Part shown: piece after piece, positions 39,150-54,504 of the stretch
Layout of the letters: each line of letters begins with the position of its first letter
How positions within the stretch are numbered: position 1 is the first letter of the stretch
Assembly: GCA_009103225.1 (NCBI GenBank)
Contig: RHPI01003156.1
Coordinates: 1,328,552 to 1,392,551, forward strand
Source of the DNA: Chlorokybus atmophyticus
Lineage: Eukaryota > Plantae > Mesostigma and Chlorokybus algae
Length of the DNA stretch: 64,000 nt
Reading direction: 5' to 3'
The notes under the pieces: generated by a model
Database searches by the model: none
Told to the model about the DNA's origin: nothing
What the model saw: only the letters and a program-made list of their open reading frames with translations
Translations under genes and position numbers: made by a program

Positions 39150-40361
39150 ATGGCTGAGGGAGAAGGTGAGGGTGAGAGCTGGACTCAGGAGGAGGAGGCT
39201 GTCTTCAGCGGACTAACCAGCACACGCAAGATCCAGGAGTTTCTTGACAGCTTGAGGTGGAGCTGAGGTTCTTGTCTGCTTGTTTGAGTTACTTTGACAA
39301 TCAATCAAGTTGCGTGAGTGATTGCTAACTTCTGAACGCTTTGCTGGTCGAGGGGGTGACCGCAGCAGCCCCACAGCATTGCAGCATGCAGTTTCAATGT
39401 GCGCTTTGAAGATATACCTGTACACACAGTGTGCCATGTTACGGTCAGATTTTGCAGTGAAAACCAAGTCAGTACATGCAGCAACTCGCACTCGTCCGCA
39501 CCCACTCACTGCCTCATTCCTTCAATCCCTCGCCCACTCGTTTTCTGACACTCAGTCTCGCTTTCCACTCAACTAGTTACTCATCCACTTGCCACCTTAC
39601 CACATACTACTCACCCGCTCTGTCTCTCTGTGATCCCATTCACGCAACAGGTATGAGTCGCAGCCGGACGGGGCGTTTAGTCCTCGGCAGACGCTGGCGT
39701 GGAGGGCGGGTCACTGTTTCGGGGGCGCCCTGCTTGCCGCGGCGGCCCTGCGACGGCTGGGACACGCACCCCTGGTTATACACCTTGACACTGACCACGA
39801 CGTTGATGACGACCACGTCATCGCGGTTTACCAGGTGAGACACAAGTTCTATATTAGTAATCCCTCTCTGTTGTTGTCAGTCATTGTCAGAGTGTGCGCA
39901 TGCGTGTAGGTGACTGTGTGTATGGGTGTGTCTTCCTCAAAGCTTGACTTGGCCTGTCATCACATCTGTGACACCATTTCCAGGTGGATGGATACTGGGG
40001 TTCAGTGTCTAAGTCCAACTACACGACGTTGAGAGGGCGAGAGCCGGTGTATCACTCTATCCGGGAGCTGGTGATGTCGTACTTCGACTTCTACTTCTCC
40101 ATAGAGGGTGTGAAGTCCCTGGTTAGCTATTCGGACCCGCTGGACCTAGGCAGCTTCGACCACAGAGGGCCCGGCAAGCTCGGTTGGATGTATGCAGGAG
40201 ACAACATGGAGGATGTGGACGCTGCGCTAATCGCTGCCCCACACCATCCTGTTGTGACAAGCAAACAGGCTTCTATGCTCATACCCGTGCCGGACTACCT
40301 GCTCAAAGCAGCCACCATCGGATCCAACCCGGACGGCTTTCGAGCGGCGCCTCTGAGCTGA
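39150..40361 (+). CDS. Uncharacterised protein resembling a bacterial conserved hypothetical family with transglutaminase-like Cys/His motifs; 3 exons
   Basis: Exons 39150-39256, 39651-39833 and 39984-40361 join in frame: ..LTSTRKIQEFLDSLR|YESQPDGAFSPRQTLAWRAGHCFGGALLAAAALRRLGHAPLVIHL..DDDHVIAVYQ|VDGYWGSVSKSNYTTLRGREPVYHSIRELVMSYFDFYFSIEGVKSLVSYSDPLDLGSFD. The gene is well supported; the family call is from memory. Confidence 0.75.
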
Positions 40362-40767
40362 CAGCATTGTTGCTGGCAACAGTGTTTGCGACAGACTATG
40401 TGTCGACTGTTATGTTGAAAACCATAAGAGTTGTCAATCCCAAGTTGTCAATTATCGCGCGTGGAGTGCCTTGGGCATGTGACAGTGTAACAATGTTGGA
40501 AAATGATTAGCAACAGCAAGAATGCCACACCACACCATTAGTGTGTACAACTTGCGGGTTGGAACTTGCAACAAGATGAGTATCAAATGCCGACTGACTT
40601 CACGGTCACAGATAGACTTGCATTGAGACTGCATGAGCGAGCGAAGACGTGTAATGTGTCACAAACTTAAAGCTGCATAGAGCAATGAATCGGTGTACAA
40701 GTAGGTGCAACAACTGGACAGCGTTGCACCTATTGTCTTCAATGCAAGTGCTGTAATAACATCGCAA

Positions 40768-42394
40768 TCAAAGCCACCGAATGGGTCCTTCCAAGGAGCC
40801 AGTAGCAAACTGCCGAACGAGCTCATTATCCGAAGTATCAAATTCTTCCACAGGTCCCTCCCACGCAACGCGTCCTTGATGAAGGAACACAATGCGATCA
40901 ACCGCACGACGAATTGTTGAATGCTGGTGAGTGACAACGATGTAAGACTCCACTCCTCTTTGCCCTGTTGGACCCCTCTCCTGCATCTTTCTGATCAGGT
41001 CCTCGACCACGGTCGAAGCAATGGGGTCCAAACCTGCTGTGGGCTCGTCGTACATGACGATCTCGGGGATCTTCCCGCTGTCATTCTCAGTGTCGTCGGA
41101 TATAATCGCCCTTGCTAGTGCCACACGCTTCCTCATGCCGCCGGACAGGTTGGCTGGAAACACGTCCTCGATGCCCGACAGTCCCACACGTGCCAGCGAC
41201 TGAGACACAAGCTCTTTAATACGCCTCTCGGGCAGCTTGCTGTGCTCGTAAAGCACGAAGCCGACATTCTCTGCCACCGTCAATGAGTCGAACAACGCTG
41301 CTGACTGGAACACCATACCAATGCGGACCCCTTCCATCTCTGCCCCACCCGTGTCGCTGGCCAACCCTGACCGCTGGACACCTCTGATCCACACCTGTTT
41401 GAACTGAAAATGAGTCTCTCCCTCTTCTGGCTGCCACCACATGACCCGCATGCATGAGGCACACAAACAGCGCATGATTGCGCGTGCACACAGAGTGTCC
41501 GCGCTGGCCTGCTCAACCAATCGCCAGTTACGACTCATTGCAAGGAATGCTGTGGGACCAACCTATGCAAAATAACAGCCACTGCGAACATGCAGCATAT
41601 TGTTGGTGAACCACTTGAAAATAATGCAGCATATTCTTTGCCAAATCAACGACCAAGTAGTACTGCAGCACTCCAGGGCAAGCTCAACACCATATTGCTA
41701 TGTTGTGATGAACATGTGTGGTAGAGGGCTTACGCCCCTCAACAGCCTAACCAACACGAGCAGCTATGCGCACATTGACATGCAGCAAGCAGACAGCTCA
41801 AAAGCATGCAAAGACAACTACAAATCTCAAGTACAAGTGCTCTTGTAAACAACGCAGACCTACATGTATGCAAGATCACACTGCTGGTTGCAACGCCATC
41901 CATACCTCTCCTCTGTCAGGTTCAAGCAGGCCGGCCATGATCTTAAGGATGGTGGACTTGCCCGTGCCGCTGGGGCCAATGATGCCCACAGCCTCGCCTT
42001 CACGGATGACCAGGTCGGCGCCGGCAAGAATCTTCTTAGAGCCGAACGCCTTGTGCACGCCCTTCAGCTCGATCAGCGGAGGCTCCTCCTCCTGCTGTAA
42101 GCTGCTACTGCCGCCCAACGACGTGGAAGTGGTAGCTGCCGAATGCGCCGAGCATGCTGGCATTGGGGTTTCGCTCTTCCTCCAGCTAAGCGCACTCCTC
42201 CTCCTTCTCCTTCTTCTCCACGTACAGGGCATGCTGCTGCTTATCGAGCTCATGCTGCTGCTAGTGCTGGTGCCTGCGCTTGTGCTTGTTCTGCACAGCG
42301 CCGCTGGCAGCGCCGCACGCTTGCTGGTCGTGGGCGGCGTCAGTGTGAGCGAGGACAGGCCGGCTGCAGCTGCCATCGCCGTCTCCGTCGCCAT
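40768..42394 (-). CDS. TGD3: Plastid ABC-transporter ATPase TGD3 (MlaF/Ttg2A family); 2 exons
   Basis: Ser/Thr/Ala/Arg-rich transit-peptide-like N-terminus. Walker A GPSGTGKST, MVFQSAALFDSLTVAENVGF, signature LSGGMRKRVALARAI, Walker B IVMYDEPTAGLDPIASTVVEDLIR, VVTHQHSTIRRAVDR and QFATGSLEGPI. Confidence 0.93.
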
Positions 42395-42532
42395 CGCCAG
42401 CTATGCCGCCGCCGCCCTCTAAGCTGATGTCTTTCTTTGAGGACATGCTGGCGCATGTTATTGCCCTATTCAGCCGCTGCGGCGGCGGCAGGGGCGGCGG
42501 CGGTGCCGGGGTGCTGCGGGAAGAAGGACGTC

Positions 42533-45500
42533 ATGGAGGTGGTGGAGGAGGGAAGGGATCACAGCTTCCCCGGTGAGGAGGAGCGGATCCTGGCGCTGTG
42601 GGAGGCGCTGGACGCCTTCCATGAGCAGGGGAGGCGGCGGGAGAGGGAAGGCTGTCCGGAGTATGTGTTCTACGACGGCCCGCCCTTTGCTACTGGCCTG
42701 CCGCATTACGGCCACATCCTCGCCGGTACCATCAAGGACGTTGTCACCCGCTACGCTTCCTCCCGAGGCCATCACGTCACACGCCGCTTTGGCTGGGACT
42801 GCCATGGACTCCCCGTTGAGTATGAGATTGACCAGGTGAGCGTCATTTGCAAGCACTGTCAATTCAGCATTGAGCCACGGCATACATGTGCCCGGGTTCA
42901 GAGTGAAACGAGCAGCTGTCCCGCGGGTGTAGCTACCTAACGCAGGTGCATTGATTGCATGCATATGCGCGCTTGAGTGTGTATTCCTGCTATCCTACGA
43001 AAGCATGCATTGGTTTTGATTAGGCTCGTTAGGCGGCCCTCCTGACATTGTCACTTCTGAACGCTGTAAAGTGCATATGTGCATTGAACAGTGAATTGCG
43101 TTAATGCCACTGTATGGTTAGTGTCAATGACAGACAGTGCGCTCAAGCTTGTATGGCATCAAGCACGACTGAAGGAACAAACCACCAGCATGCCTGCTAA
43201 AGCACGATTGGCTGTCACACGTTGATGCTGTTTGCCAGGCTCATAACATCAAGTCCGCAGCAGACGTGGAGCGCATGGGCATCGCCGCCTACAATGAGGC
43301 CTGCCGCGCCATTGTCATGCGCTACTCGCGTGAGTGGGAATCTACGGTGACACGTCTGGGACGCTGGATAGACTTCAAGAATGACTACAAGACACTTGAC
43401 ACATCTTTCATGGAGTCAGTGTGGTGGGTGTTTTCGCAGCTATTCCAGAAAGGCCTCGTGTACAGGGGCTTCAAGGTCAGCATTTCGCCTTCATGTGGGG
43501 GTGGCATGTCCAGAAAGATGTTGACATTGTTCAAGGCACATGGTTGCATTTAGTGCAGTAAGGTCAAGAGCACCCATGGTACTGCATCCACTGCCTGCAT
43601 TGCTTCTCCTGAATAGCGTGTAGTAAGCATCCAGTCTGGTGTACTTGCATAGAACCAACGAGGCTGGATGTGTAGGTGATGCCATACTCAACAGGCGTGA
43701 CAACTCCATTATCCAACTTTGAGGCAGGTCTCAACTACAAAGATGTAACGGACCCTGCGGTGACTGTTGCGTTTCCTCTGCTGAATGATTCAGAAGGCGC
43801 TGCCCTCTTGGCATGGACAACCACTCCCTGGACACTGCCATCAAACTTGGCGCTTTGTGTGCATCCAGAGTTTGTGTATACGAGGGTCAAGGAAACCGTT
43901 ACAGGCAAGGTGTACATCTTGGCCGAATGCAGGCTGGCACAGCTTCCTGCAAAGAAACCAGAGAAAAAGGAAGACAAAGCAGAAGCAGGAGCGAAGAAGA
44001 CTGCCAAGGGCAAAGGATCTGCACCAGAGAGCAATGGCCAGCCAGAGGTATGCAAGAGCGTTGAGGTTGTCAATTGTAGCCGTTTGGGCTGCTGATGCCG
44101 AACAGTGGTTGCATCGCACAATTTTTGGTCATGTCCGTGCAAAGCAAGCCACTTTGTACCCGACCGCTTTGCAATGTTTAGCTATAGATTAGATACACTC
44201 AACACCAAGGTCACACAGTCCGAGGGCCGTTGGAGCAAGCATCCCCACATACAACCTAGTGTTGCTAAGAGTGCTCACAGCCTCACTCATCTGGAGCACT
44301 TACATCCATGTTTCTACAGGTTTCACAAGTTCCTGCAGGCTATGAGATTGTCGGCACCTGCGTCGGGTCAGATTTGGCTGGCAGGAAATACCAGCCACTG
44401 TTTCCCTACTATGCAGACATGAAGACAGCTTTTGTAATAACTGCAGATGGCTTTGTAACCACTGACGCTGGTACTGGTGTCGTCCACTGTGCGCCGGCTT
44501 TCGGAGAAGACGACTACCGAGTGTGTAAGCACTTAGTCTTGAAGTTTGAGTTGCTCCATGTGTAACCAGGGCACTGATTCATGGCACAATTTGCAGGTGT
44601 TGCAGCGGGAGTGATAGAGAAGGGCGGTGACCTGCCGTGTCCTGTCGATGACAGCGGGAGGTTCACATTGCCAGTGACTGATTTCGAGGGCGTGTATGTC
44701 AAGGAAGCAGACAAGGCCATTATTGCAGCCGTGAAGGCAGCAGGACGACTGGTGCAATCTGCAAGCATAGTGCACTCTTACCCTTTCTGCTGGCGCAGCG
44801 ACACTCCATTGCTTTACCGCGCGGTGCCATCGTGGTTCGTGGCTGTTGAGACCTTCAAGGACAGGCTGCTGTTGAACAACACAAAGACAAGGTGGGTACC
44901 TGAGTACGTACAGGAGAAGCGCTTCCACAACTGGCTCGAGAATGCTCGAGATTGGGCGATCAGTCGGTCAAGATACTGGGGCACCCCCTTGCCAATCTGG
45001 CAGTCACCTGATGGCGAGGAAACAGTAGTCGTGGGCTCAGTAGACGAGTTAGAAAAGCTTACTGGGGAAAGGCCCACAGATCTCCATCGACACAACATTG
45101 ACCACTTGACCATCCCCTCCAAAAGGGGCAGTGACCACCCTCCTTTGCGGCGCGTACCCGATGTATTTGACTGCTGGTTTGAAAGCGGCTCCATGCCTTA
45201 TGCTTCCCTCCACTACCCTTTTGAAAACAAGCAGCAGTTTGAAGAAAACTTTCCCGCTGACTTCGTTGCGGAGGGACTGGATCAGACAAGGGGCTGGTTT
45301 TACACCCTGATGGTGCTGTCTACTGCTCTGTTCGACCAGCCTGCGTTCAAGAACCTCATCTGCAATGGGCTCGTGCTTGCTGCTGATGGCAAGAAGATGA
45401 GCAAACGCCTTCGCAACTATCCGCCTCCTACTGAAGTCGTTGACAAGCATGGGGCGGATGCCTTGCGCTTGTACCTGATCAACTCACCGGTCGTACGCGC

Positions 45501-47562
45501 GGAGCCCCTGCGCTTCAAGGAAGACGGCGTGTTTGGAGTCGTGCGCGACGTCTTCTTGCCGTGGTACAATGCCTACCGCTTTCTGGTCCAGCAGGTGAGA
45601 GGGCTGCATACTGCATTGCCATCGTAGTTATGCTTGCAACATGCTACAGTACCACAATACCACACTTCAAAACTACTGGTGTTGAGCTATGTCAGTTGTT
45701 CAAGATGCAGTTTGCTTTGTTGCAGTCTCAGTCTTACGCGTGCTCAAACCAGGCCTCAGTAGCTGTATGCATTATACTCAACCAAGCATTTGCAATCGCA
45801 GGCAAGTCCAGGATTCAAGCCACTTTCAGATGCTGAGCTCGGCTCATCGCCAAACGTGCTGGACAGATGGATGCGCGCATCATGGAGAGCACTGGCGCGC
45901 TTTGTCCGAGCTGAGATGGAGGCTTATCGGCTGTTCACAGTCGTGCCGAGGCTGGTGCAGGTCATTGAGGACTTGACAAACACCTATGTCAGGTTGAACA
46001 GGAGTCGGTTGAAAGGAAAGTCTGGAGACCAGAAGGACCAAGCTCATGCTCTTGGCACGCTCTACGACGTCCTCCTGCACATGTGCATCATCATGGCCCC
46101 GTTTACCCCATTCTTTGTGGAATCGGTATTCCAAAATCTGCGCAGAGTCAGGCCAGAGCTGCCTGAGTCTGTTCATTATTGCGATTTTCCTGTTTTGGAA
46201 GATGAGGAGACGGAGGATGACGCCCGCATGCGCACCAGCGTCCGGCGCATGCAGACTGTGCTAGAACTTGGCCGCACCATTCGCGAAAGGCATAACCGAC
46301 CACTCAAGACGCCACTCAAGGAGATGGTTATAGTGCATCCAGATCAGGTAACCGGCAATAAGCAGAAAATTCACCTGTGGAAGTTGCATGTTGTGAAGTA
46401 ACCTTCTGATTGCATCATGTGCATGCATCCCGGCATTATTGCACACGTCTGAGTTTTCCTAACAACCTGCATGTGATGATTTGCAGCACGTGTGCTTGTC
46501 ATTGACAGTCCTTATTGTGCACAGGATTTCCTTGCAGACATTGCCGGCACTCTACAGCAGTATGTTCTGGAGGAGTTGAACGTCAAAGTCCTGACGCCCT
46601 GCTCAGACCCTCTGCAGTACGCTACTCTACGAGCAGAGCCTGACTTTGCAACCCTGGGACCCAAGCTGGGCAAAGGCATGGGTCTTGTGACTAAGGCTGT
46701 AAAGGCGCTCGACCAGGCAGCCATTCTCAGGTTACAGGTGAGCACCAAAGCATACGATGCTACTTGGATTGGCGTTTGCTGCTTCGAATTGTCATTGGAT
46801 TCAGCTTTACTGATCACTGCTTTGTAGGAGAGCGGTTCGATTGAGCTGCAGGGCCACACCTTGACAGCATCAGAGATCAAGGTCCTGAGCTGTTATCATG
46901 TTGTGTCCTTCAGCCAGTGTTTGCAGATCATAGAACCAACACGCGTTGCATTGTTGTCTCAGGTGGTGCGAGAGTTCAAGCCCCGGGAAGGCACGGCGGC
47001 CGGCGACATGGACGCTGCGGGTGATGGCGACGTGCTCGTTGTGTTGGACTTGCGTGCAGATCAGGAGCTGTTGCTGCAGGGTGTTGCGAGGGAGGCTGTC
47101 AATAGAGTGCAGAAGCTGAGGAAAAAAGCGGGACTGCTTGCCAGCGACAAGGTGGATGTCTTTTATGCCATCCACGACAGTCCTCCCGATGCACCCCTGC
47201 GCGCTGCATTCGAGAAGCTATCAGACTACATGCGCACTGCTCTCAATGCTCGACCTGTTCCGTTGGAGAGGAAACCCAAGCACGCCGTACGCTTGGCAAC
47301 GGACAAGTTTCCGGGTGTGGGTGAGGCAACTCTGGAGGTTGTGCTCACAAGGACATGCGTCATGGCCGTCGAAGCGCAGCTCTTGGATGCGTGTGGTGGT
47401 GACCGGCAGCTGGCAAGCGACGTCATGGTTGTGCTTGTGTCCCGAGATCCGGCTGTGCTGGCTTTGGAGAAGGATGTTGTTGTTAGGGTTGGCGACCGTT
47501 CCCCTGTCATGGTTAGGGTGGATGAGCATTTTGTCCTGGCTGCAGGTGAATTACCTGCCTAG
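42533..47562 (+). CDS. IARS1: Isoleucine--tRNA ligase, cytosolic (eukaryotic type); multi-exon
   Basis: [18 protein letters not shown] (HIGH-type motif), [13 protein letters not shown], editing domain [14 protein letters not shown] and [66 protein letters not shown] (KMSKS-type motif). Confidence 0.97.
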
Positions 47563-48734
47563 TGGTTGTGCATTTTTGTCTTATTCTTGACAATCATCAT
47601 AACGGCAGCTGGTCAGTATCACATGTGTATCATACGAGTGCACGCTACGGGTTGAGACTTTCTATGTGCAAGTGAATATTCAGTGTAAGCTGCGTTGTTA
47701 CTGCAGCACTGACTATACATGAGATTTCTCATAGCATCTATTGCTCCCACGCGCCGGCCATCTCGATCAGTATCACATATTGACTGTCACAACTAGCCAG
47801 GTTACTTACACCCTCAATAGATTACAACGTATACATCACTTATATTTGCTGTACTTGTCACTACCGCTGTCAATGGGCCGCTGACCACCATGGTGCATGT
47901 GCAGGTAATGAAAGCTTAAAATGCATGCTTAACCGACACGGGGGTAGGGGTAGGGGCAGGGGAAGGTAGGTAGCCATGCATGCAAGTATATGCATGGCTT
48001 AGCCTGGATAAGATGTAAGTAATAGAGGTGAGCATTGATGTGGTGGCATATGTTGCATGCGTTCGGCACTACGCATTTGCAGCGCCGCATTGGTAGCTTT
48101 TGTACACTACAATTCCTGCTCCAATGAACAAGCAGTGGCATTGTTGCAACTGTTACACCATGCTTTCGTGTTGTGTAACATGTGTGTGATAAACATAAGC
48201 TGCCAGATACAGATGCATTAGTGCCAAGCACGCATGCACAAACACAAGCATAAAGACCAAACACAAGCATTAGGCCGGAAGTGTAATTATAAAGGCCAAT
48301 GCACAGCCAATGCTAGGTATGTATTATAACCAAGAGCGTGACCGAGTTGGTGTGGAGGCGGGTAGCAAGTAGCAGAGCAGCAAGTAGCAGGGCATAGTTG
48401 AGCAACAGGTGTGGTGGTTAGTATAGCAGTTACGAACGGCGCAAGGCTGAAAAATAGCAGCAGCATGGTGAGGGGTGGAAGGGGTGGTTGAGTGCGGATG
48501 CGGTGCGGTGCTGTGCGTGAAACATGTGTTTGCGGCTTTACTTGCTTCAGACATTATCAAGTGTACACGCATACAAAACTACCATGTTCATTACTACACA
48601 CCAATGCAGCATGTGCAAACGTGTCGCAGTTTCGTGCTTACCAACAACAACCTATACACACCAAACAAAAGTGTTTTTGATTCAAAACAACACACCAACT
48701 GATCAACTTCTCTACACCTTTCTCCCTTCACTCC

Positions 48735-52476
<3,742 letters not shown>

Positions 52477-54009
52477 GGTGGAGAGAAGTGGTGAGAGAGA
52501 GAAGGGGAGAAGCGGCACGCGTGTGTCTCACACACGCAAGAAAGGACGTTTACCCGCTACTTTATGAAGTGCACGCTGCATACACTGCGCACCATACCAA
52601 GAGTGTGACATCAGCGCGCTATAATGTGATCATCATCATGTCAATACACTCCGCCCTCGTGCATGTATTCTTGTCGCTGAAGTACTGTGTGACAGTCTGT
52701 GTCTGTATGTCTCCTTGTTCCGCGCCTCGGACACAAATAATAACGCTATTTCGACTGGGGATGGGGCCACACGACAACCACGCGCTTGCCGCCACTGCCT
52801 GGGCATCTTAGCTTGAGGCCACCTAGTCAGCATCGGCAAAAAGGAACCAATGTCAGGGGTACGTACGTACGTGTGCAGCATTGCGCTGCAGTACAATTGG
52901 GCTGGCTCGACAGCATATTCATCAGCGTATTCATACATGCAATGCTCATGCATGCATGAGCCATGCATGCATGCCATCGCTATGGTCCGGTAACCGCCTA
53001 CCCCGCCAAATCCATGATAATATCCATTGATGCACATTATGTGCAGCACTTGTCTCGTCAGAAGGGGTACTCATGAATGCATACATAAGTACATAGTGTA
53101 CATGTACATACTGCACCAAAGGACTAATATTTGCCACGTGCCACACATACAGAGTACGGACATTTTATGATGGCGACGGGACAACTATCCGCGCCATCAT
53201 GATCAATGGATGCACTCATGCCGGCACGCCAAAGGGGAAAGTTTCTAAGCAATCGTGTCATCTTGCAAACGCGCATCCATACCGACAGCATGTCGGCGAC
53301 ATCGTTCTCGAGTGGTCGCGGATCTCCGTATCCTATCGCTAATGATGTCATTATGTATTATACTGTACTCTGCTGTATTTGTAATAAAGGCCGCGGAAAA
53401 CCTCACGGGTCGCGGAGGGGCCGCTGGCCCAGTATTGGGGCTGGCCCAGCCCGGCTGGGTACTTCCCCGGACGGGCCACCATGCACTGGCCAAAGTTTGC
53501 TGCACTGGCCACCACCCCAATCTTATGTTACAGGCCTGAATGTCACCCACGTCACGTGGCCACTACAAATCTCAAAGCTGATCTGCGTGCACTGAGAAAG
53601 GATGCGCTGACCAGGAAAGTGAGGAAGGGTCGACGGGTCGGCGGCGTGCTTCCCGCAAGCCGCCGACCCGTCAACCGTCGGCAGTTGCGCACTTCCGTCG
53701 GCGTCTTGATGCACATGCCGGAGTCGGAATCATCGACATCGACATCGACACATGGCCCGGGGCTCTGGACACCCGCGCCGGATCGCGACCGGCGGCATTG
53801 TCCGGGGATCGACCTGCGCGGCCAGGTGTGGGGCGCCGGCCGCGCGGTTAATCGCGCTGACCGCGCGTCGGCGGAGGGCAGTGCCGAGCGCCGACGAGGG
53901 CGAGCTGCGCCGACCAGCTTACAAAGTACACAAAGGTTGTATACGGTATGAATAAAGGTAAGTAGTTTACGCTATATATATTGATTGTAACTTGGCGTAG
54001 TGACATGAC

Positions 54010-54155
54010 TTGTATATATGTATTATTATGTATGTGCCATATACATATGTAGTATTGGTATACACACATGTATATACATATGTATGTATGTATATATATA
54101 TATACATATACATATATATACATATGTATGTATGTATATAGATGTATATATGTGT
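54010..54155. repeat. AT-rich (TA)/(TATG) low-complexity tract
   Basis: Directly visible tatatatacatatacatatatg-type repeats. Confidence 0.85.
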
Positions 54156-54504
54156 ATATTAACTTATTAACAAACACTTGTGTATATAACCATTTAATGA
54201 TAGAGTAACCGTATATTAATAGGGCATGTTGCACGCAAGCAGCAACTACGTTAATGTGTATATACGTGTTTTGGGTGCGCGTGCGCGTGCGTACGTGTGT
54301 GTGCGCGCGTGCGCGTGGGCGTGCGCGTGGGTTCACATGTGCAATGCATGTTGTGCAAGCAAGTGTGTATATGCAACGCCAATACAGTGACTATATTAAG
54401 GCAACGCAACAACAAACAGTTTAACCAGGTGCGTTCGTGTACACATGTGCAAACCACCATAAGCACGTCATATCAACTAATCACTATGCTTTGGGCGTAA
54501 CAAA

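Noticed and set aside
700-48700. Many ORF-track entries rich in H/T/A/C/M/V (e.g. MHARTH.., CVCVC..)
   Set aside because: They are translations of intronic CA/GT/ATGC repeats or antisense frames of real exons and have no protein motifs.
53632-53672. Helitron 3' terminal hairpin
   Set aside because: No CTRR end about 10-15 nt downstream on either strand, and no Rep/helicase fragments nearby.
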